A stretch of DNA of 64,000 nucleotides from Eledone cirrhosa (Eukaryota): assembly GCA_964016885.1 (NCBI GenBank), contig OZ024740.1, positions 214,706,001 to 214,770,000 of the forward strand, read 5' to 3'. The translations under genes were made by a program, and so were the position numbers. Shown here piece by piece: positions 53,991 to 64,000 of this stretch (positions within the stretch are counted from its first letter, which is position 1; every line of letters starts with the position of its first letter). The notes below the pieces were generated by a model that saw only the letters and a list, made by a program, of their open reading frames with translations, ran no database searches and had not been told where the DNA came from.

Positions 53991-55445
53991 TTTTGGCAAA
54001 ATATTCAACACTAACAACGAAATTAAATAACAGCTAACCAGGAAATGAAGTTGGCTATGATGGACAGAGAATTGAGGAAAAGCGACCAGGTTGCCTTAGC
54101 TCGGGCGGAAGCCCAGTCGAACCAACTAACTAGCTAACCAAACAATTAACTAATTATCTAACTTATTATCTAACTAATTATCTAACTAACTAACAACTTA
54201 TTGAATACATTGTTGTACTTGTTGAACATTGAAGTATAATTGATGAGTTTGATAACAGATGGGTCTTATGTCTATAGCAAGGTGTGGTGCCAGTTGAGGT
54301 TCTACCTGTCACTGGTACCATCTAATCCAATATAATCTATCTCAGGGTCGAATGGTCAACACAACAGAATTAAATGTCAAAGAGTGAAAGAACTCTCTCA
54401 CAGAGAAGCCAACGGACTATCATAGCTGGAGAGGAGACAGGCGCCATCAGGTTTTCTGTTTATAGTAACAGTTCATGACATAGTGAAACTAGGTTTTACC
54501 TCCTGCTGTGCACATAAGCACCACTCCAGTCAATGAATATAGATTGATTGATAGATAAGTAGTAAGTTATCTACAATGTCCTCATCTACTACAAGGTGTT
54601 TCAATAAATAAAATAAACTCTGACATGATCCCTAAATAGGTACATAGAATTGTTATCTCTCATTGCTTATATCTAATATATCATGTGTCCCAATAAGCTG
54701 CCAAGTTTTCAATAAATATAATACACGTGTAATCATGACTTTGTAATCCTCATTTTGTGATTCTGATAAAAAGATTTCACAGACACGATGCCATTTATTT
54801 AAATCAGATAAAGAAAAAAATGATTGTGTGATATTCCTGCTGTTTGTAATTTTATTAGTGATGTACACGAAGAGAAATTATTGTTGTTGTTTAGTCCTAA
54901 GTCAGTTCTGATCGAGCAAACTTATGACCCCAAACGATCCAACTATGACATCTTATCTGTTTTTAATTAATTTCTAGGACTACATCGCCTAATATATACT
55001 TTTTTGTTTAAGATGAAGATGTTTGATTGGGGAGACGTGGGACAAATGTTTACAAATTCTAAATGGTTGAGTGACCTACTAATAATCAGAAATGGGGCGC
55101 CTTGAGCTTACATTTTATTTTACGGAACACACCACCATCATTAGTCATTTTAAGCTGGAGTGAAGCTAACACAAAATTTCAGCAAATTTATCAGGCGGTC
55201 ATTTGTTTAAACCCATTGACCGATTTATTAGCTACTACTTCATATTTCTATTTTCTATTTTCAGAACATTGACTGTGTAATAGTAACAATGGATGTAATA
55301 TTCACCAGTCCGGATAATTCCCTCAGGTAAACAAGTCAGTCAGGAATATCTCAGTCATCGCCTTCAGAATACATTCTTATTTAGACTTAGCAATCAAATA
55401 AGAAAACAAACACATCACATACACACACGTACACTTACACGTGTC

Positions 55446-55539
<94 letters not shown>

Positions 55540-56914
55540 CGTGTGTGCGTGTGTGTGTTTATGTGTGTCAGTGCATACAAACATATACGCACACACACAT
55601 ATGTACATACGTGCGAACACACACACACATACACACATGAATGCAATTCACAGAAATAAAATCACACGTACACACGTACACATGTACACACGTACACACG
55701 TACACATGTACACGCGTACACACGCACACATGTACACACGTACACACGCACACACGTACATGACACACACGCACACACGCACACACGTACACACTAAGTT
55801 ATTTTTCTTTCTTTTTCTTATCATATTGGTCACCTCAGCTGACAGTCATTCGCTTTGAATAGTAAAGAAGAGTCAATTTATATATATATATAATATATAT
55901 ATATACATATATATATATACATGTGTCTGTATTTGTATGTGTGTCTGTGTCTGTGTGTTGTGTTCCTACCTCAGGCGAGGCTACTCTGCTGGGCTCTGCA
56001 AGTAGTTCGCTACGCTCCACACGTCACCTACCACGTCATAACTGGCTGGCACGTGATCTGCTAGCCTTGTGACCTCGCAAATCAATATTGGAGGTTGACT
56101 GTAGACAATTAAATGAAATAAATAAAAAAGGTCGTTGGGTGGGTAGAACAGGTCAACAAGCTGAATCGTAGTCATATGCAATTTATCTTAACGGCTGGAG
56201 GGTGATGTTTGTTGTGTTGAAGAAACGAAATAAAGAACACTTACTCTAATCTTCAGGGTGCGGCTTTGATAAATAGTAGGGTCGTCAAAACCTAAGCAAC
56301 ATTTTGCTCGAATTGAAAAGGGCTGCATGAATTGGTAAGATATTTAATGATATTTATAGAACTATATCCAACAGGCCATTTTACATTATTAGACATAACA
56401 ATGACGATGTATTTAAAGACTGTCAAATGTACATAGCTTTCAATATTTTCAGATAGAAACGTATGGAGTGTTTGTTTATATGTAAACACAGTGTTATGTG
56501 TGCGCGTTTGATCAATGTGGTCTCAAGCTTGTTAATGTCCATGTACTACACACACGTCTCTATACACACACACGCACACTCGTGTGTATACACGAACATA
56601 CTCACATGTACTTATACACGCGTACACGAAACATGCGTTCATAAATAAATGATTGCTTCTAGTGAAATGTTCTACTTTTAATAATGATTTCTTAATTAGA
56701 CATGAGGTATATAAGATAAGTAGACTTAAGAGGTATCTCGCCTGCCGCAAGATACCAACCTTCCAACTAGGAGACAGATACTTTAAACCAATGTGACGAA
56801 CGATGACATTTGTTGTTTTTAAACCATTTGAGAAGTGAAGAACTTTCCTCTGGGAATCAAAATCGTAGACCTGGTTTATAGAGATGAAAGCTCCACTACA
56901 ACTTCGACATGTAT

Positions 56915-57543
56915 TAGCTTAACAGAATCGTTAACATGTCTGACCACGTGATTCGTGATATTTGATCCGACACTTTACGTTCTGAGTTCAAATCCCGCCA
57001 AGGTCAACTTTGCCTTTCATCGTTCCTGGGTCAATAAAATAAAGTACCAGTAAAGTACTGAGATCGATTTAATCGACTTTCCCCTTCCCTTGAAATTGCT
57101 GGCCTTGTTCCAAATGTAGAAACAATTATTATATGTGGGTGGTGGGTTGGCAGAATCGTTAGAGCGTCGGACAAAACGATTTGTGACGTTTAAATATGGC
57201 TCTTTACCTTCTAGCCTTCTGGTAAGGATGTGATGGGTTATGTGTTGTGTTCTTGAGCAAAACATTTCATTTCGTGTTGCTCCAGTATATTCAGCTAAAC
57301 ATGAGTACCATCAATAGCTGTGGGGTTTAACCCTGCGATGGACAGGATAAGCACCGGTCTGATGAGCCTCCTGGTTTGAGACATACTTTAGACTTAGACT
57401 TCCAAACCCGACAAGATCAATTCTGCTTTTCTTCCTTCTGGAGTCGATAAAATAAACTACCAGCGGGATACTGGGGTAGATATAATCGACTTTTCTCTCC
57501 TTCTAAGTTGATGGCCTTGTGTCAATATTAGAAAGAATTATTG
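56915..57543 (+). mobile_element. Cluster of three SINEs (Deu/Nin 56915-57131; Meta-type 57137-57400; Deu/Nin 3' part 57405-57543)
   Basis: GAGTTCAAATCCCGCC; GTGTTCTTGAGCAAAACATTTCATTTC; GGAGTCGATAAAATAA..TACCAG. Confidence 0.8.
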
Positions 57544-57610
57544 TATGCCTGGATGGAAATAGATGAATACATTCTTTTATTCTTTTACGTGTTCCAGCCG
57601 ATATATATTA

Positions 57611-57797
57611 TGTTTAATATAGAAATGGCTTCTACAGGACTAGAACTGTTTCATTCAAAAGAATCATCCTGATGATTTCTTTTGAATGAATCAGTTCTAG
57701 TCCTGTAGAAGTCATTTCTAAATTAAACAAGATGTTTACACTCTATTAATGTATTGAGTACCTTACTAGCTCTGGTTACCTCCGATTGAACCCGGGT

Positions 57798-57800
<3 letters not shown>
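57611..57800 (+). mobile_element. Fold-back PLE derivative (58-bp arms) pivoting on the hammerhead CTGATGA
   Basis: Arms 57611-57668 and 57671-57729; CTGATGA-TTTC(TTTT)GAAT-GAA(T/A)C-AGTT-CTA. Tail GTATTGAGTACCTTAC...CCGATTGAACCCGGG is also present at 19890-19935. Confidence 0.8.
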
Positions 57801-57830
<30 letters not shown>

Positions 57831-58965
57831 TCGCACTTCCACTCACTCACTCTCTGTTTCTCCCCTTCTCACTTCCTCCCGTTTGGATAGTAGTGGGTTC
57901 TCTTCTTGCTCACACTCACGTCGGACGGTCTGTATCTTGATCGCTCATGAAATCCACCCAGCTTATGCTGACCGGATAACCATGTTGCTTGTTCATTCCC
58001 ATCTTTGCGTTGCTTTCATCCTTCTATGTTGTTTACTTGTCTCACTCGCTTTACACGATTTACTTGTCCCAATACCTTGTTTTAGTTATTGCTCGCACCA
58101 ACCTGAGGTATATGATTTTTAATGCGATGAAATATTAATGATGGTTGGCAAATCACTGACGAAGGACTAATTTTATCATATGTAACCCATGTGCAACCAC
58201 GCAGTATTCTTTTTTCTTCTCATGTTTTATATATATATATATATATATATTCGGTTGACTTAAGAAGCATTTTGAAAATTAGAAAATTAAAATGTAGTCG
58301 TCCCAACACAAATGATTATAACAATATGTGATACTGATTGATTTTTGTTATAGTCACTTTTACATTGGGACAACTATAATTAAAAAAATCGATATCAAGT
58401 TATGGAATTGAACAATATCGTTTTAAAATGAACTTCCACAAAGCCATATATCGGCGTTGGTGATCATCACGAATCGATTATTCTACTCTTAATGAATGAT
58501 ACAATCTATTACGATAATTCGTTTAACAAATATCACAGAGCAAGTAATTAATGGTATTCTATACCCTTGCAAAATATCCGTCAGATATAACGATAATGTT
58601 TAGATAAATGAGATCTAATGATCCCTTTGTTGTTACCATGGAAACTCATGACTCTGCTGAATACAACGAATTCGTTGGCCCCCTACATACTGTACTAAAT
58701 CAGAGCCTACTTTCCTCTTCTTATCACTGGCTGTCTTTATTTCGATCAGGGCTTTTGAATCTTAACCAATATCAACAATATCAACCCACGATAGATTCGA
58801 AAAAAAAATCTCAACTTTTTAAAGAACTTTGATTCCAGATTAATCATCGACGCTCCTCCCACAAAAGTGAAACAATGGCTCAAGTCTTAAGTTCCTTAAG
58901 AATCATTTCACTTAAACTATAAATAACACGAGATCTGTTGACAAGAAAGCTATCAAACTTTCATG

Positions 58966-59175
58966 TTGAAATAGAAATAGCTTTCGCTATAAAATGTTTC
59001 ACTATAATACAGTCTAATAATGGGGTGAATAAAGCCACTGAACGGAAAATGATGGGTATCAGCACACATGGGAGTTGAACCCACACCTCTCCCATGTTTA
59101 CTGGTTTATACACCCCATTATCAGACTGTATTATAGTCAAAAATATTACAGCGAACGCTTCTATTTCTATTTCAA
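58966..59175. mobile_element. MITE-like imperfect inverted repeat (about 78-bp arms)
   Basis: ACTATAATACAGTCTAATAATGGGGTG versus CACCCCATTATCAGACTGTATTATAGT. Confidence 0.7.
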
Positions 59176-59217
59176 TTCTAAACCTCACAAGCTACGTTCC
59201 AAACATCATTTGGTATT

Positions 59218-62200
59218 TAATGTCCCCAGTATTTGACCATTAATTAGTATATTATAATACCACCAATGTCCCCAGTATTTGACCATTAATTAGTATATTA
59301 TAATACCACCAATGTCCCCAGTATTTGACCATTAATTAGTATATGATAATACCACTAATGTCCCCAGTATTTGACCATTAAAATATTTTATTACCACTAA
59401 TGTACCCAGCATTTGATTATTACTTAGTATATTATAATATCACTAATGTCCCCAGTATTTAACTATTACTTAGTATATTATAATACCACTAATATCCCCA
59501 GTATTTGACCATTACTTAGTATAATATAATATCACTAATATCCCCAGTATTTGACCATTACTTAGTATATTATAATACCACTAATGTCCCAGTATTTGAC
59601 TATTACTTAGCATATTATAATATCACTAATGTCCCCAGTATTTGACCATTAGTATATTATAATACCACTAATGTCCCCAGTATTTGACCATTAGTATATT
59701 ATAATACCACTAATGTCCCCAGTATTTGACCATTAGTATATTATAATATCACTAATGTCCCCAGTATTTGACCATTAGTATATTATAATATCACTAATGT
59801 CCCCAGTATTTGACCATTAGTATATTATAATACCACTAATGTCCCCAGTATTTGACCATTAGTATATTATAATACCACTAATGTCCCCAGTATTTGACCA
59901 TTAGTATATTATAATACCACTAATGTCCCCAGTATTTGACCATTAGTATATTATAATACCACTAATGTCCCCAGTATTTGACCATTAGTATATTATAATA
60001 CCACTAATGTCCCCAGTATTTGACCATTACTTAGTATAATACCACTAATGTCCCCAGTATTTGACCATTACTTAGTATAATACCACTAATGTCCCCAGTA
60101 TTTGACCATTAGTATAATACCACTAATGTCCCCAGTATGTGACCATTACTTAGTATAATACCACTAATGTCCCCAGTATTTGACCATTACTTAGTATAAT
60201 ACCACTAATGTCCCCAGTATTTGACCATAATTATTATAAAACCACTAATGTCCCCAGTATTTGACCATTACTTAGTATAATACCACTAATGTCCCCAGTA
60301 TTTGACCATTACTTAGTATATTACCACTAATGTCCCCAGTATTTGACCATTACTTAGTATAATACCACTAATGTCCCCAGTATGTGACCATTACTTAGTA
60401 TAATACCACTAATGTCCCCAGTATTTGACCATTACTTAGTATATTACCACTAATGTCCCCAGTATTTGACCATTACTTAGTATAATACCACTAATGTCCC
60501 CAGTATTTGACCATTACTTAGTATAATACCACTAATGTCCCCAGTATTTGACCATTACTTAGTATAATACCACTAATGTCCCCAGTATTTGACCATTACT
60601 TAGTATAATACCACTAATGTCCCCAGTATTTGACCATAATTATTATAAAACCACTAATGTCCCCAGTATTTGACCATTACTTAGTATAATACCACTAATG
60701 TCCCCAGTATTTGACCATTACTTAGTATATTACCACTAATGTCCCCAGTATTTGACCATTACTTAGTATATTACCACTAATGTCCCCAGTATTTGACCAT
60801 TACTTAGCATAATACCACTAATGTCCCCAGTGTTTGACCATTACTTAGTATAATACCACTAATGTCCCCAGTATTTGACCATTACTTAGTATATTACCAC
60901 TAATGTCCCCAGTATTTGACCATTACTTAGTATATTACGACTAATGTCCCCAGTATTTGACCATTACTTAGTATAATACCACTAATGTCCCCAGTATTTG
61001 ACCATTACTTAGTATAATACCACTAATGTCCCCAGTATTTGACCATTACTTAGTATATTACGACTAATGTCCCCAGTATGTCACCATTACTTAGTATATT
61101 ACCACTAATGTCCCCAGTATTTGACCATTACTTAGCATAATACCACTAATGTCCCCAGTGTTTGACCATTACTTAGTATAATACCACTAATGTCCCCAGT
61201 ATTTGACCATTACTTAGTATATTACCACTAATGTCCCCAGTATTTGACCATTGCTTAGTATATTACCACTAATGTCCCCAGTATTTGACCATTACTTAGT
61301 ATAATACCACTAATGTCCCCAGTATTTGACCATAATTATTATAAAACCACTAATGTCCCCAGTATTTGACCATAATTATTATAATACCACTAATATCCCC
61401 AGTATTTGACCATTACTTAGTATAATACCACTAATGTCCCCAGTATTTGACCATTACTTAGTATATTACGACTAATGTCCCCAGTATGTCACCATTACTT
61501 AGTATATTACCACTAATGTCCCCAGTATTTGACCATTACTTAGTATATTACCACTAATGTCCCCAGTATTTGACCATTACTTAGTATATTACCACTAATG
61601 TCCCCAGTATTTGACCATTACTTAGTATATTACCACTAATGTCCCCAGTATTTGACCATTACTTAGTATATTATCACTAATGTCCCCAGTATTTGACCAT
61701 TACTTAGTATAATACCACTAATGTCCCCAGTATTTGACCATAATTATTATAAAACCACTAATGTCCCCAGTATTTGACCATTACTTAGTATAATACCACT
61801 AATGTCCCCAGTATTTGACCATTAGTATAATACCACTAATGTCCCCAGTATTTGACCATTACTTAGTATAATACCACTAATGTCCCCAGTATTTGACCAT
61901 TACTTAGTATAATACCACTAATGTCCCCAGTATTTGACCATTAGTATAATACCACTAATGTCCCCAGTATTTGACCATTACTTAGTATAATACCACTAAT
62001 GTCCCCAGTATTTGACCATTACTTAGTATAATACCACTAATGTCCCCAGTATTTGACCATTAGTATAATACCACTAATGTCCCCAGTATTTGACCATTAC
62101 TTAGTATAATACCACTAATGTCCCCAGTATGTGACCATTACTTAGTATAATACCACTAATGTCCCCAGTATTTGACCATTACTTAGTATAATACCACTAA

Positions 62201-63782
62201 TGTCCCCAGTATTTGACCATTACTTAGTATAATACCACTAATGTCCCCAGTATTTGACCATTACTTAGTATAATACCACTAATGTCCCCAGTATTTGACC
62301 ATTACTTAGTATAATACCACTAATGTCCCCAGTATTTGACCATAATTATTATAATACCACTAATACCCCCAGTATTTGACCATTACTTAGTATAATACCA
62401 CTAATGTCCCCAGTATTTGACCATTACTTAGTATATTACGACTAATGTCCCCAGTATGTCACCATTACTTAGTATATTACCACTAATGTCCCCAGTATTT
62501 GACCATTACTTAGTATAATACCACTAATGTCCCCAGTATTTGACCATTACTTAGTATATTACCACTAATGTCCCCAGTATTTGACCATTACTTAGTATAA
62601 TACCACTAATGTCCCCAGTATTTGACCATAATTATTATAAAACCACTAATGTCCCCAGTATTTGACCATAATTATTATAATACCACTAATATCCCCAGTA
62701 TTTGACCATTACTTAGTATAATACCACTAATGTCCCCAGTATTTGACCATTACTTAGTATATTACGACTAATGTCCCCAGTATGTCACCATTACTTAGTA
62801 TATTACCACTAATGTCCCCAGTATTTGACCATTACTTAGTATATTACCACTAATGTCCCCAGTATTTGACCATTACTTAGTATATTACCACTAATGTCCC
62901 CAGTATTTGACCATTACTTAGTATATTACCACTAATGTCCCCAGTATTTGACCATTACTTAGTATATTACCACTAATGTCCCCAGTATTTGACCATTACT
63001 TAGTATAATACCACTAATGTCCCCAGTATTTGACCATAATTATTATAAAACCACTAATGTCCCCAGTATTTGACCATTACTTAGTATAATACCACTAATG
63101 TCCCCAGTATTTGACCATTAGTATAATACCACTAATGTCCCCAGTATTTGACCATTACTTAGTATAATACCACTAATGTCCCCAGTATTTGACCATTACT
63201 TAGTATAATACCACTAATGTCCCCAGTATTTGACCATTAGTATAATACCACTAATGTCCCCAGTATTTGACCATTACTTAGTATAATACCACTAATGTCC
63301 CCAGTATTTGACCATTACTTAGTATAATACCACTAATGTCCCCAGTATTTGACCATTACTTAGTATATTACCACTAATGTCCCCAGTATGTGACCATTAC
63401 TTAGTATAATACCACTAATGTCCCCAGTATTTGACCATTAGTATAATACCACTAATGTCCCCAGTATTTGACCATTACTTAGTATAATACCACTAATGTC
63501 CCCAGTATTTGACCATTACTTAGTATATTACCACTAATGTCCCCAGTATTTGACCATTAGTATATTATAATACCACTAATGTCCCCAGTATTTGACCATT
63601 ACTTAGTATAATACCACTAATGTCCCCAGTATTTAACCATTACTTAGTATAATACCACTAATGTCCCCAGTATTTGACCATTACTTAGTATAATACCACT
63701 AATGTCCCCAGTATTTGACCATTACTTAGTATAATACCACTAATGTCCCCAGTATTTGACCATAATTATTATAAAACCAGTA
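59218..63782. repeat. 41-bp tandem satellite (37, 42 and 46-bp variants), about 110 copies
   Basis: Unit TAATGTCCCCAGTATTTGACCATTACTTAGTATAATACCAC, period measured 60481 to 60522. Confidence 0.98.
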
Positions 63783-64000
63783 ATAATAATAAACAAAACA
63801 AGACCAGCAACTCACGAAACTCCATTATACAACTGACATTGAGAAAAGATTCCAAACTGTATTTACAGAAAATATTAGTCACATATATTTGTGCAGCCAA
63901 CTATATTCCCCCCATATTGATAACAATAGCCTATATGTCTATATACATGTCAATATTATATGATAAAAATAAACTCCTTCATTTTACATTTCTTATACAT

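Noticed and set aside
55960-56295. GC-richer island as exon or DNA transposon
   Set aside because: No recognisable protein motif, splice pattern or clear terminal repeats.
58120-58170. GAAA...ATCA-CTGACGA-AGG hammerhead-like piece
   Set aside because: Cleavage triplet and stem II register do not fit; at most a decayed PLE tail.

Overview
AT-rich, repeat-saturated eukaryotic DNA with no convincing host protein-coding gene. The SINE families resemble those of coleoid cephalopods, so the source is most likely Octopus (inferred from recognition, no database search). Contents: (i) many (TA)n/(CA)n microsatellites hosting at least a dozen short Penelope-like (PLE) derivatives. Most are fold-back (inverted-repeat) structures, and many carry hammerhead-ribozyme motifs; one retains the GIY-YIG endonuclease end (2396-3870). 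(ii) A 5'-truncated Tx1-type LINE plus a second 3' stub, both sitting in (TATC)n. (iii) Decayed CR1-, R4/Dong- and RTE-like LINE fragments. (iv) tRNA-derived SINEs, two non-autonomous Helitrons and a piggyBac-like MITE. (v) Over 20 kb of tandem arrays (10, 41, 41, 53, 56 and about 40 bp units), two visibly born from SINE segments. Nearly all long ORFs in the supplied track are repeat artefacts. The most notable signals are the diverse hammerhead-bearing fold-back elements with a shared 3' motif, 490-550 nt permuted units, an 85-bp locally templated capture inside one fold-back, and an element with interleaved hammerhead-like strands.
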